This document shows positions 34,001-45,435 of a stretch of 64,000 bases of DNA, in pieces (the stretch's first letter is position 1; every line of letters starts with the position of its first letter). Source of the stretch: Octopus vulgaris (taxonomy: Eukaryota); contig OX597823.1 in NCBI GenBank assembly GCA_951406725.2, forward strand, positions 47,678,001 through 47,742,000, in the 5' to 3' direction. The notes under the pieces were generated by a model. It was given only the letters and a program-made list of their open reading frames with translations, did not search any database and was not told the DNA's origin. Made by a program: the position numbers and the translations under genes.

Positions 34001-34445
34001 TCGGGATAAACTCGCAAGGCACGGTGGCCAAGACAGTCCGATATGTCCAAGATGCGGGCGGGATAGGGAAACCGTCCCGCACGCTATTGTTCATTGTCCG
34101 GACGTGTCTGAGGTGTGGGTTTATGCCGAACAGCTGTTGTCAGGTACACGAAGAGTACAGCTGTCGACTGAGTCGATTACAAAAATTGACCCACCGGATT
34201 TCCTCGTGAATGAAGGTAAGTTTCGTTTTCTCGTTGTAGTAGCAATTGCGAAAGAGGTGATATGGAAGACGAGAATGAAAGGTTTACAGTCAGGCAAGTT
34301 CATCTCCGGCCCTGGTTTGATGAAGTATTTCATCTTTCACCTGAAAAGGAAGATAGGGCTGGAGAGAATATGCCTGACTAGGAGAGTGTATGAAGAACGA
34401 TGGAAGGATGTAGCACGAAAGTTGCGAGTGAAAGATACAACATAA
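31050..34445 (+). CDS. LINE ORF2 polyprotein: AP-like endonuclease + reverse transcriptase + C-terminal zinc finger (L1/Tx1 group), 1131 aa, intact
   Basis: APE motifs LNVRG, ATET, IYAP, GDFN, YLDR, SDH, WKLN. RT motifs KAPGLDG, FRPITLLN, DQSKAFDRVDH, RQGCPLSPLLY, YADD. C-terminal CPRC-x8-H-x4-C. Confidence 0.96.
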   Translation: MDYIYVGCLNVRGLGAGWKQGRFLHDIRSRNLDVIVATETRLEGPRGLLPLFDGYESFFSPGSPTGGSGVLVLLKRNRVSEKKLIFADPEGRLVVMDLTFSNGKVIRLVAIYAPNHTGQSDYFRELENFLGTSHSLVVLGDFNTICKADVDCVGSRPDRKGNSGFMELLSRFELADPYRLEFPNAPLWTWSNSDGSSRSYLDRILIRKVDSKIAKCPQFYPISYSDHKMVTCKLDIDKVKNRGSGYWKLNTSLLAIKEYKDRIRNIIQRALSGTIINNKWWYALKRAIKFESIRYSIGVVAREARRETTLVKELEEAMKTGSAAQVASKRLVLNQHLEAKHMGCIVRARIRHMGCEGINAVRWARVVEAQHGNDATIRSLTNQQGELINEPEEMCEAFQEHFAQLFGECGGLDRRRAFTDLLDGLPRLSGRDAEGCEGPITPEEVVEAMADCGAGKAPGLDGLPYELYKSMPDLFGHLLAEVYANWQQNGLIPRSVRRGVVTLVRKDPSKGECIDNFRPITLLNTELKILAKVLSKRLARVADGLIGEAQTCAVPGRSIQDNLHLMRYTIEGFNSDSGKGGALVHLDQSKAFDRVDHRYLVSALAQFGLSLGFLRWIIQIYDNIDSVVRVNGFLSKPFKIKRSVRQGCPLSPLLYVMALEPLLRKLSGIPRQPGNGKSVSAYADDITIIVTEMDHLCKVGKAIEVYETVTGAKVNREKSVGLQLGTWRGKSMPPDSVVGRWTEGPIKLLGVWFGPDLQIEKNWGEVTSKVAAVAKTWSWRWLSLKGRAEVANVFIASVITYRLSVVPCPDSWLIKLERQLFYFLWKGGKPLVKRSTCCQQPLKGGLGMPWLMMRRHALRLRHLWLYLDGERVWSSLAKLMFPKFTSFGGWETWLNRRSKLGTWYTECRKALLLFRRSGNACGGGSTTFFYRGLVEAECEDTLGETLGLDDNQLASLFRRTFEPRTLDNFQKSLAWQCYRGALPVRDKLARHGGQDSPICPRCGRDRETVPHAIVHCPDVSEVWVYAEQLLSGTRRVQLSTESITKIDPPDFLVNEGKFRFLVVVAIAKEVIWKTRMKGLQSGKFISGPGLMKYFIFHLKRKIGLERICLTRRVYEERWKDVARKLRVKDTT

Positions 34446-34689
34446 ATGTAATACCAAGCGCAACCAAAAGTATCAGTGGGGAGGCGGGGCTCGTGGGGTC
34501 TGAGCTAAACCCGCACCCACTCCACCCGTAATGTCTTCCGGTCTGTCCCATCATTCGATTTCTGTCCATTTATTGTAATTCATGAAAATTTTTAAATCCG
34601 ATTTATTGTAAAAACCCATTCGTTTGTCTGACCCCATCATCAGATTGTATTGTCCCATCTATGTTCGCCCCTTGTGGGTAATAATAAAA

Positions 34690-35000
34690 CAATATGGAGG
34701 AAAGCACCTTCGAAAAGTGTCTTGGTGCGACTATGAAAGATATCTAATTAGAGGCAGTAAATTCGCCACAATAGAAGTAAGGTTTGGGTCAACGGAGCGT
34801 GCAAGGGAGTACTCGGCTCGAACTTGCAAAGTGGAAATATTTTATTTTCACCTTTATATCTGGGACGTAGGACGTCCCGGAAAAAAATGTAAAATTCCCC
34901 CCCCCCCCCCCCGGGAAGTAGAGGCAGGCTGGATTGTAGCCACACTTCTATACAAGAGGGAGGACAAGATACAATTGATCGAAATTACAAGAGACGGGCT
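34690..35000 (+). pseudogene. Degenerate internal fragment of a related ORF1
   Basis: YLIRGSKFATIEVRFGS and PREVEAGWIVATLL match B-type FLTRGSKYGTVVVHF and PPNVEAEWIVAAV. Confidence 0.7.
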
Positions 35001-35164
35001 AACGATTCCAGTCTGTTATATATTTTGAGTATCGTTATCACTAGCGATATCAAGATATAACTTTGTATTTTGCATTTTATGTGTAGATGTATATATGTAG
35101 ATGTTATATGTAGATGTACATGTAATATGTACACATATATATACACATTATACATGCACTAGTA

Positions 35165-35211
<47 letters not shown>

Positions 35212-35214
<3 letters not shown>

Positions 35215-35303
35215 GGTGAGGCAAAAGTCATGCACCATAGGAGCTGATTAATAATGTTTTAAATGTCTAATTTGTTCTGAGGTCACATTCTTTTGTTGTT
35301 ACA

Positions 35304-35339
<36 letters not shown>

Positions 35340-35390
35340 TATTATTATTATTACTATTATATATATGTACACACACACACACACACATGC
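35212..35390. repeat. Solo TIR-end fragment of the same Tc1/mariner family plus (ATT)n/(CA)n, duplicated at 36524-36690
   Basis: CAGGGTGAGGCAAAAGTCATGCACCATAGG...GTTACATTTTATT appears identical at both places. Confidence 0.75.
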
Positions 35391-35532
35391 ATACATATGT
35401 TTGTGTTTTTAAGCCAAGTACTTATTCTATTGGGTAATTTTACCATGTACCTAGTTATGGGGACATAAACGCACTAATGGTAGTTGTTAAGCAACAGACA
35501 CAAAGACATGTACAAACTAAAATATATATAAA

Positions 35533-36038
35533 CTGGGTGAGGCAAAAGTCGTGTAAAATAGGGATAGTTTATTAAAAGTTCAATTATGATTCAAATGAAA
35601 ATCTTATTTGCTAGTTATTTAATTGTATGTGCTTTTCAGAATGCCATCCTTCCTTTCATAACATATTTGGAACTGGTTGTAAAAGTTTCTAAAACAGCTG
35701 CCGTTGATGTTGGATTGGTTGTTCTTTTTGGTCTGCCATTCTGAGGGTGGTCTGCCAGTAGCTTTAAAACGATTAATTAAATGTCCAACAGTTGACTTAT
35801 CAACTGGAAATCGGTGTGTGGATTCTGCCAGTTGAATTCCTCAGCAACAGATTTGTGAACAGCACCTACTTTCTCATGCATAAACACTAAGGGAACTTGT
35901 TCATCCTTCGTTAGTTCATCCTTTGTTACTTTGGTAAAATTGTTTCTGCAAATAAGAAATCATCAGAACAAATTAGACCTTTTTTGAAACATAATTAATT
36001 AATTAACACCTATGGTGTACGACTTTTGCCTCACCCTG
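35533..36038 (-). mobile_element. Internally deleted Tc1/mariner-type DNA transposon
   Basis: Inverted termini C(A/T)GGGTGAGGCAAAAGTCGT.. at 35533 and 36009-36038, TA after the right end. The minus strand encodes a transposase-like N-terminus (ELTKDEQVPLVF...SVAEEFN...GRPK). Confidence 0.7.
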
Positions 36039-36052
36039 TATATATATGTATA

Positions 36053-36441
36053 TGACGGGCTTCTTTCAGTTTCCATCTACCAAATCCACTCACAAGGCTT
36101 TACTTGACTTACAGCTATAGTAGAAGACGCTTGCTCAAGGTGCCACACAGTGGGATTGAACCCAGACTCATGTGATTGGGAAGCAAACATCTTACCACAC
36201 ACCTATGCCTTTACAATTTTGAAACATCAGGAAGTGTTGGCAAAGATAAAACAGTATCATTAGAAATGTCTATTTATTTTGATATACCTGTGTATGTTAT
36301 ATATATATATATAGGCGCAGGAGTGGCTGTGTGGTTCAGTCCCACTGCATGGCACCTTGGGCAAGTGTCTTCTACTATAGCCTCGGGCCGACCAAAGCCT
36401 TGTGAGTGGATTTGGTAGCCGGAACTGAACTGAAAGAAGCC
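36053..36441. mobile_element. Two tRNA-derived SINE head fragments in opposite orientation (36053-36205 minus, 36314-36441 plus)
   Basis: GGAGTGGCTGTGTGG...GGTTCAGTCCCACTG...GCACCTTGGGCAAGTGTCTT (CORE-like) motif. Confidence 0.75.
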
Positions 36442-36615
36442 TATATATATATATATATATGCGTGTGTGTGTTTGTGTGTCTGTGTTTGTCCCCTAGCAT
36501 TGCATGACAACCGCATATATATACAGGGTGAGGCAAAAGTCATGCACCATAGGAGCTGATTAATAATGTTTTAAATGTCTAATTTGTTCTGAGGTCACAT
36601 TCTTTTGTTGTTACA

Positions 36616-36672
<57 letters not shown>

Positions 36673-36689
36673 GCACACACACACACACA

Positions 36690-36724
<35 letters not shown>

Positions 36725-36786
36725 ATAGAAATGGTAAGACAACAAAAGAATGAAAGAGACCTCAATATTATGTAAATAGAAGAATT

Positions 36787-37018
36787 TATCTGTAAATGTA
36801 ATATGTGACAATTATTCTGTAGCCATGATAAAACTCGAAGTTTTGGATGTCTGGGTGGAAATCCACACCGTCATCTCTTCAGTTATCTGACCATCGGAAA
36901 AAATGCTCTTAATGCCAGATAACTGAAGAGATGGTGGCGTGGATTTCCACCCTGACATCCAAAACTCCAAGTTTTATCATGGCTACCAAATAATTGTCAC
37001 TTATTACATTTACAGATA
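36787..37018. repeat. Long imperfect palindrome (~100-bp arms, ~26-nt loop), MITE-like or Penelope-terminus-like
   Basis: TATCTGTAAATGTAAT...TTCAGTTATCTG / CAGATAACTGAA...ATTACATTTACAGATA. Confidence 0.8.
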
Positions 37019-37019
37019 C

Positions 37020-37062
<43 letters not shown>

Positions 37063-37063
<1 letters not shown>

Positions 37064-37468
37064 TTTACTCTTTACTCTTTTACTTCTTTCAGTCATTTGG
37101 CTGCGGCCATGCTGGAGCACCGCCTTTAGTCGAATCAAATCGACCCCAGGACTTATTCTTTGTAAACCTAGTACTTATTCTATCGGTCTCTTCTGCCGAA
37201 CCGCTAAGTTATGGGGACCTAAACACATCAGCATCGGTTGTCAAGCGATGTTGGTGGGGGGGACAAACACAGATACACTACATATACACGTACATACATA
37301 TATACGACGGGGTTTCTTTCAGTTTCTGTCTACCAAATCCACTCACAAGGCTTTGGTCAGCCCGAGGCTATAGTAGAAGATACTTGCCCAAGATGCTATG
37401 CAGTGGGATTGAACCCGGAACCATGTGGTTGGTAAGCAAGTTACTTGCCACACAGCCACTCCTGCACC
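37063..37468 (-). mobile_element. Full-length tRNA-derived SINE; related copies at 39045-39482(-), 40175-40333(+), 40600-40770(+), 40905-41340(-), 45040-45175(-), 57775-58150(-), 62775-63115(+)
   Basis: Shared head, internal microsatellite and tail ...CCAGCATGGCCGCAG(T/C)CAAATGACTGAAAC..TAAAAG. Confidence 0.8.
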
Positions 37469-37544
<76 letters not shown>

Positions 37545-37859
37545 TGACTATGACAATAAGATGCTGCACAACACAGAACATCACCATTATGAATTAAAGC
37601 CTTAGAGCTGAACAAGGTACATAATTCTGATTATCTTAGTTACTTTTTGTTGTTATAGAGATACGATACTAACAACATAGATGAGTGGTTAGTTGTAGCA
37701 TTGACATCTCCACATAAAACAAATTGCTCCAATAATATGGACATTTATAAAATTTGCATATACAATCATACACATGGGGAAAGTGAATGCAAAATAGTGA
37801 AAAACTATGTGAAAACTATTGATATTTGCCTTATCACAATGTTTTAGTGATCACAATAA

Positions 37860-37969
37860 GTTAGTGGTATGTACAGTATTACAGTATGTGTGGGTTGTGT
37901 GAGTGTACAAGTACATGTAGGTGTATATGTGTATACATATGCACACATATACAAAACGTCTTGTGTATA

Positions 37970-38024
<55 letters not shown>

Positions 38025-38230
38025 TAGTATATATTTATATATATGTATATAAGCATATGTATATACATACAATATATACGATAACTACACAAACACGTGC
38101 ATGTATGTTTACATAAGTACATGTATTTATACATACATACATGCATGATGCATACATATATATATATATATATGCATATATATATACATACATATGTATA
38201 TGTACATATATATTTTTATATGTATGTATG

Positions 38231-38277
<47 letters not shown>

Positions 38278-38526
38278 GTATATTTCTTTTAAGATAAATG
38301 TTTGGCAAGTGTTTTCATCTGAAATTGAGTGCTGAATGAGGTATTGTTATATTTTGGATGTGTTGTCATTGCCAATAAACTTATTGGCATAGATAACTCT
38401 TTCAATGTGAACCGAGGCAAACACACAAACACATACACACACAATACATGTATGCATGCATATACATAAATACATGCATCCATGTGTGTGTGTGTATATA
38501 TGTCTATGTTTGTCTCTAAGTATATG

Positions 38527-38565
<39 letters not shown>

Positions 38566-38939
38566 ATTTATATGTATATGTGTGCATATATAGATATATG
38601 TATATGTACATATGTACATACACACATATATGTGTATTGTATGTGTGGTAGTACTGAAAAGTTCCTGGCTCTGAGTAAAAGAAAAAACAGGAGGGTCAGT
38701 TAATTACGATTTTATTGAACATATTCCCCTCTCAGATTCATACTTATTGCAGCAGACCTTCAGTTTTTCTAAGCCATGTAAACAAACTCAGGAGTATGAG
38801 CCTCCAGCCAGGCCTTTCACAATGCTCTTAAAACCAGGAACTTTTCAGCCCTTGCTCATACATACATACATGCATACATACATACGTACATGCATACATA
38901 CATACGTACATACATACATACATACATACATACATACAT

Positions 38940-38970
<31 letters not shown>

Positions 38971-39045
38971 AACACACACACACATATATATATATACAAA
39001 CACACATATATACATATATATAAAAAAAGAATATATATATTCTTT
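37860..39045. repeat. Dense (TA)n/(TG)n/(CATA)n compound microsatellite zone; similar zones at 45360-46180, 50920-51050, 55320-56620, 59030-59185
   Basis: Direct inspection; source of the YI/HT/CV-repeat pseudo-ORFs. Confidence 0.9.
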
Positions 39046-39262
39046 TATTCTTTTATTAGTTTCAGTCATATGACTGCGGCCATTCTGGAGCACTGGTCAA
39101 AAGGGTTTTAGTCTAAGAAATCGACCCTCTACTTATTCTTTGTAAGTCTAGTACTTAGTTTATTGGTCTTTTTTGCCAAACTGCTAGGTTACAGGGACAT
39201 AAACACACCAACTTCAGTTGTCATGTGATGGTGGCAGGGGACAAACACAGTCACACACACAC

Positions 39263-39328
<66 letters not shown>

Positions 39329-40094
39329 CAGGCTTCTTTCAGTTTCCGGCTACCAAATCCACTCACAAGGCTTTGGTCAGCCTGAAGCTATAGTAGAAGA
39401 CACATGCCCAAGGTGCTATTCTGGGACTGAACCCGGAACCATGTGTTTGGGAAGCAAGCTTCTTACCACACAGCCATGCCTGTGACTATATGTGTGGGTG
39501 TGTGTGTATATATATACACACACACACACAACATACACACTCACACATACACACCACACATGCACACACATGTATATATTTATCCTTCTTAAACAAGAAT
39601 ATTATTAATACAGTTCAATATTTAAGAGATGAGGAATTATGTACATTATTTACATTACTTACATTTGACGGATATTTGTCCTCATCTTGTTTGTTGTTAA
39701 CACAATGTTTTGCCTTCATCAGGTGTCTTGGGGAAATTTCGAACGGGACAAAACATTGCAAGTTGTACATAGCTGAACACATGAGAATTCTAAAAGACTC
39801 ACTTGAACCAGGGAACATCCTTAACTCCAGAATGGAGATTTTCAAGCCATGTTTACATTTCAGGAGGTTCCTGCTATTATTTTGGAGCCCACAAGATGGC
39901 AGCACAACCTGAAGTTGATAGCCAATAGCAAGGGGAGATAATCTCCAATGGTTATCTTTGAGTAGTGAGGCATTTCCCCTCCATATTTTGAAGAGGTCAT
40001 GGGCCAACAGGATTTTGGGATCTGAAGATATGCCATAAAGCTAAACCCTTTATGGATGGGAAACCTAAGGTAATCCCATAAACCAACCTTCCCA

Positions 40095-40177
<83 letters not shown>

Positions 40178-40350
40178 TGGAGGTGTGGCTGTGTGGTAAG
40201 AAGCTTCATTCCCAGCTACATGGTTCTGGGTTCAGTCCTACTGCATAGCACCTTGGGCGTCTTCTACTATAGATTTGGGTCGACCAAATCTTTTTGAGTG
40301 GATTTGGTAGAGAGAAACTGAAAGAAGCCCGTCATATATAAATATATATG

Positions 40351-40410
<60 letters not shown>

Positions 40411-41088
40411 TATATTAAATTAGAGATAAAACCACTATTAGGCAAATCAAACAATGAAAAATATAAGCCAATACATAAAATTAATTTAATTTATATCATT
40501 TTAAATATATATCAAAAGTATTAAAAGTTTAATAAAAGATATGTGCATATTAAAAGTTTAATAAAAGATATATGCATATATTCATGTGTATCTAGGATGC
40601 TAGTGAGTTTATGTCTTTGTAACTTAGCAGTTTGGCAAAAGACACCAATAGGAGCAGTACTTGGCTTACAAGGAATAAGTTTAGGGTTGATTTCTTTGAC
40701 TAAAACTATTTAAGGCAGAGCTTCAGCATGGCCATAGTCAAATGACTAAAACAAGTAAAAGAATAAAAGAAGATATATGTGTGTGTGTGTAGCCTTCCAG
40801 TACAGCCATCCAGTGTGACAGCCCAGTCAAACCATCCAACCCATGCCAGCATGGACAATGGACATTAAATTATGATGATGATGATGATGGTATATATATA
40901 TATATATCTTTTCTTTTATGTTCTACTTATGGCTTTTCTGGGGCACCACCTTGAAGATGTTTTAGTTGAAAGAATCAACCCCAGTGCAGTTTCCAACCGT
41001 AGTACTTATTGTAGCAATCTTTTTCACCATACTGCTAAGTTACATGGATGAAAACAAACTAACATTAGTTGCCAAGTGGTGGTGGGGA

Positions 41089-41199
<111 letters not shown>

Positions 41200-41344
41200 A
41201 TGACAGGCTTCTTTCAATTTCTGTCAACCATATCCACTCACAAGGCTTTGGTTAGCTCTCAGCTGTAGTAGATATCACTTGCCCAAGGTGCCACACAGTG
41301 GGACTGAACCTGCAACCACGTGATTGGGAAGCAAATTTCTTATT

Positions 41345-41570
41345 TCTTTACTACTCACAAGGAGCTAAACATAGAAAGGACAAACAAGGACAGACAAAGG
41401 GATTAAGTCGATTACATCGACCACAGTGCGTAACTGGAACTTAATTTATCGACCCCGAAAGGATGAAAGGCGAAGTCGACCTCAGCAGAACTTGAACTCA
41501 GAATGTAACAGCAGACAAAATACTGCGAAACATTTTGCCCAGCATGCTAACGTTTCTGCCAGCTCACTGT
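41345..41570 (-). mobile_element. Second tRNA-derived SINE family (Deu/Nin-like core); copies at 51850-52055, 53040-53195, 62240-62445 (all minus)
   Basis: Minus strand GAGCTGGCAGAA.CGTTAGCA...GAGTTCAA.TTC...GTCGACTT.GCCTTTCATCCTTTCGGGGTCGATAAATTAAGT.CCAG. Confidence 0.7.
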
Positions 41571-42479
41571 CTTTTATTTTAATTATTATCTTTTTTTCTT
41601 ACCACACAGCCTAGCCTGCATTTATGTAAACTCTTCTTCCTTGCCTTTTTTTTTTGTTGTTTTCCACACAGCCATCTGAACCCTGAAGAAGGACTCAGTA
41701 TGAAATGTTAGAAGTCTAGTCAACTGGATGCTGTTGTTTCTAGTTTATTAACTTTCATCAGCAATCAACTATCCTGTATATAACGGTCTCTGTGAAATTA
41801 TATTTGAAGCCATTGTTATGTTTATAACTAAATCAAGTAGAATGATTTGAATATTAGGCGCAATTTCAGCTGTAGTTCTCTTATGTACATTACTGTTGCA
41901 TCTGCAATGTATACTTTCATAATGTAGTAAATTTATGTAACAGAATTTACAGTCAAAAATGTGCCTAATATTGAAATCAGCCAGCCTGATTTAGTTAGAA
42001 GGCTGTAAAATGTATGGTATTCGATTGCTGAGCAAATTTAATAAACTAAGAACAGTGTTGTCCACTTGATGTCTCTTTTACTGTCCATGGTGAGGCTGTG
42101 TGGCTAACATGACAGACCTCTACTATTGCTTCATGTATCAAGTAACTTTAACTCAGCTTGTTAATTAATTTACAAATGAAGTGATGGTTAATCTCTTTGG
42201 GTATAGCCCATAGCAAGCTTTAGTGTCTGTATGTGTGGGTGTGTGAGTATATTTGCATGTATATGTATGTGCATGTGTATTTTTTCTTATATTCTCATAT
42301 ATATATATATATATGTTGTTGTCTTGTTTCGTGGTACCACAAACACACTCTCCTACATCTCATTGTCTCAATCTTGTGCTGTTGCATTAACTTCCCTAGG
42401 AGAACTTTCCCTTTGATCAACTGTGATGGTGAATCTAGGACTGCAATTATTGATATATGTCCAAAGCATAGATGCGAGA

Positions 42480-42782
42480 AGGACAGTCAGTCCTTGTGGT
42501 TAGCGCAGCGGACTCGTGGTCGAGGGATTGCGGTTTCGAATCTCAAACCGGGTGATGTGTGTGTTTATGAGCGAAAACACCTGAGCTCCACGCGGTTCCA
42601 GCAGAAGGTAAAGGCAAACTTCTGCTGACTCTTTCACCACAAATTTCTCTCACTCTTTCCTGCTGCATCTTGTAGCTCACCTGCGATGGACCGGCATCCC
42701 ATCCAGGTGGGGAACCTATACGCCAAGGAAACCGGGAAACCGGCCCTTATGAGCCAGGCATGGCTCGAGAAGGAACAAACAA
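42480..42782 (+). mobile_element. tRNA-derived SINE with V-domain-like core
   Basis: A/B-box-like TGGTTAGCGC...GGTTTCGAATC followed by CCTGCGATGGACCGGCATCCCATCCAGG. Confidence 0.6.
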
Positions 42783-43962
42783 GTCAGGGAAATATAAGCA
42801 ACACTCTTTTCTTCATTATTCTCTCAGTCAAATTTTCCGTTTCTGTTCCTTTTCACACTCAGCCATGCTTCAAGTCACTTCAGTCTTTGCTTCCTTCTTC
42901 TTTTGTTTATTTTTGTTGATGGACCAATGTCATCATTTCCTACAGTTGTTTCCATTCCATCACATGTTACTCAACACCATGGAAATCGATAGATGAAATA
43001 GCAGTGAAAGGAAAGCCTGGGAAGAACATTGCATATAATTGCACAAAGAAGCTGAACATTCCTCAAATGCAATCCTTGACTGTTTATCAGTCAACCAGGT
43101 GGCAAATCAAGGTTGAAGATAATGGAGCAAGATGAAAGCTGCAAAGAACTAAAGGCCCTCAGCTTTATCTGAGTCACACTAAGGCATATCTTCAGTGCAT
43201 TCAAGGTTATTTGTAAACTCTGTTTTTAAAGTCCGTTTGGTTTGCCCAGGCCCACTGCATCCTGATGGCTTTACTACTCTCGATCACAGCTACTCACTCA
43301 ACTAATGCTACATCTTACATTGCAGCTGTCCTGCATATCATCAGGAAATTCCACCTGAATACAACACTCAAGGGAAGTGTTGTCTACCAATAGATCTTGC
43401 AGAATTGGATCACAAGCTTATTCTATCTGGTGAGACTGCTATGGCTGTCTGTTGGTTCATTTACTGATGACAATACTTTCCTCAAACATTTGTTCCACTG
43501 TAACCATGAGGTGTATTCAGAAGAGAGGCTAGACTCTCAGTAAAAGGTTTTACTTGGATGTCATGAAGCATTGAAGAGAGAAATTTTGAAGGAAGAAAGC
43601 TGAGGGATGAACTAACAAAAATAAGGATACTGCACCATAACATGGTACTTTTCAGACAAGTCAAATTTGATTTTTTGAGGGGTGGGGATGAACACACAGT
43701 TGACTCTTACCTTCAGTTTTATAACAAACTCCATCTTTGCAAAAAATAGATGAGGGTAAATTCAGCAATTTCAGCTCCCAACATAGCGCTGGCACTGCAT
43801 ACATCATAAACATCATGCCTACAAGCAAAAACAAAATCAGATGCATAGTACTACATCAAATCTGTGTGCATCGAGGTTATTTCTTTTTCTGCAGGCACAT
43901 GGTGTTTGCTATGCATAAACCCAGCTCCTGATACAAGCCATTATTACTGCACTTTGCATATG

Positions 43963-44015
<53 letters not shown>

Positions 44016-44268
44016 ATTCTTTCACTTGTTTGCATCCTCTTCGCATCAAAATGTACCTCCTTGCAACAATGTAGCCTTTAATCTAATCAAGATATCCTTG
44101 GCCTGAAGAGTAGCTGGTAGTATACACCTCACTTGGATTTTACCACTTCTGAGGTAAAATCCATTCACTATGAAACATATGTAGCCTGGATTTTTCCTAC
44201 TCCATTCCACAACTCTTATGTATGTATGTATGTATGTATGTATGTATGTATGTATGTATGTATGTATG

Positions 44269-44299
<31 letters not shown>

Positions 44300-44334
44300 T
44301 TCTCTCCTTTTTTTTCTCTCCTTTTTTTTATCTC

Positions 44335-44467
44335 CTTGTTTCTTTCTGTGTTCCTTTCTGTGGAAGAGCATAGGCTTGAAACGTAAAAGACTTTTTCAAT
44401 TCCTGAGCATTATACTAATACATCTGTTTGTTTCCTACACCACCTGTCTTCGTCTTGTGTTTTTTTC

Positions 44468-44472
<5 letters not shown>
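44335..44472 (+). repeat. Dispersed short repeat (copies at 45215-45362 plus, 51055-51245 minus)
   Basis: Shared TTTCTGT.GAAGAGCATAGGCTCGAAACGTAAAAGACTT...CACCTG.CTT sequence. Confidence 0.7.
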
Positions 44473-44547
<75 letters not shown>

Positions 44548-44915
44548 AAAGTTGAGAGTGAGTGTTTCCTCGACATTGTAACAATCAAAAAAAGCTAAGG
44601 GATATAAAAATTATGTTCATCTCCAAAAAGCTCTCCATGTCCTAGAGGCAACAATCATAAACAGGTAATCACAAAGGAGAAAATGTCTTTATTCCCAAAA
44701 TTCCCCGCCTACCTACAGATGTTCCATTTGAATTTAAGACGTTTCAGATTCCAGTCAAACTAAGTTTTACTATTTCAATCAACAAATCTCAGGGTCAATC
44801 CCTCAAGGTAGTTGGACTTGATCACTATACTATAAGCTTCTCCTGCTGCCAACTCTATGTTGCTTGCTCGTGACTTGGAAGCCGCAACAATTTATTCATT
44901 TCAGCACCAACAAAA
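44548..44915 (+). pseudogene. Helitron PIF1-type helicase C-terminal relic
   Basis: Translates GENVFIPKIP..PTDVPFEFKTFQIPVKLSFTISINKSQGQSLKVVGLD....FSCCQLYVACS* (helicase motifs V/VI of Helitron RepHel). Confidence 0.85.
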
Positions 44916-45392
44916 AATTACACAAGGTGCTTCAACATTGATAGATTTTCAGTTTGAAATTCTATTATCATAAGATTTTAGATATTTTTTTAATAAAATA
45001 TAGATATTTTGAAATAATTATGAGAATATATCTTTATATTTGTCTTTTACTTGTATCAGTCGTTAGCATGTGGTCATGCTGGGACATCACCTTGAAGAAT
45101 TTTAGTCAAACAAATCAACCCTGGTAATTATTATTTTTTGTTAAGACTGGCATCTTTGCTATCAGCAACTTTTGCCATATTATATATATATAACCACAAG
45201 CTTTTTTTAATTCTCTCTCTGTTTATTTCCTTGCATTCCTTTCTGTTGAAGAGCATAGGCTCGAAATGTAAAAGACTTTCTCACATTTCCGAGCATCAAA
45301 CTATTACACCTGCTTGTTGTTTATATACCTGTCTGCAAATTTTGTTTTTCTGTAAATTTCAACAATATATATATGTGTGCATATATATATGT

Positions 45393-45435
<43 letters not shown>

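Larger units (their letters stand above)
29435..34689 (+). mobile_element. Full-length L1/Tx1-group non-LTR retrotransposon (5' UTR, ORF1, ORF2, 3' UTR)
   Basis: Two-ORF organisation with APE-RT-zf ORF2; 3' end GATTGTATTGTCCCATCTATGTTCGCCCCTTGTGGGTAATAATAAAA. Confidence 0.92.

Noticed and set aside
1-34689. CRISPR-like or DGR-like system (repeated motif, variable units, RT nearby)
   Set aside because: Units are 1.7-kb coding elements, the RT is a eukaryotic APE-type LINE ORF2, there is no template/variable repeat pair, and the clustered changes are A>G rather than A>N.
29388-34689. 47-bp direct repeats flanking the LINE read as LTRs
   Set aside because: The same motif ends every unit; there are no TG..CA ends, PBS, integrase or protease.
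42960-43950. Possible very old LINE RT relic (FTDD-like motif near 43460)
   Set aside because: Too degenerate to support without a profile search.
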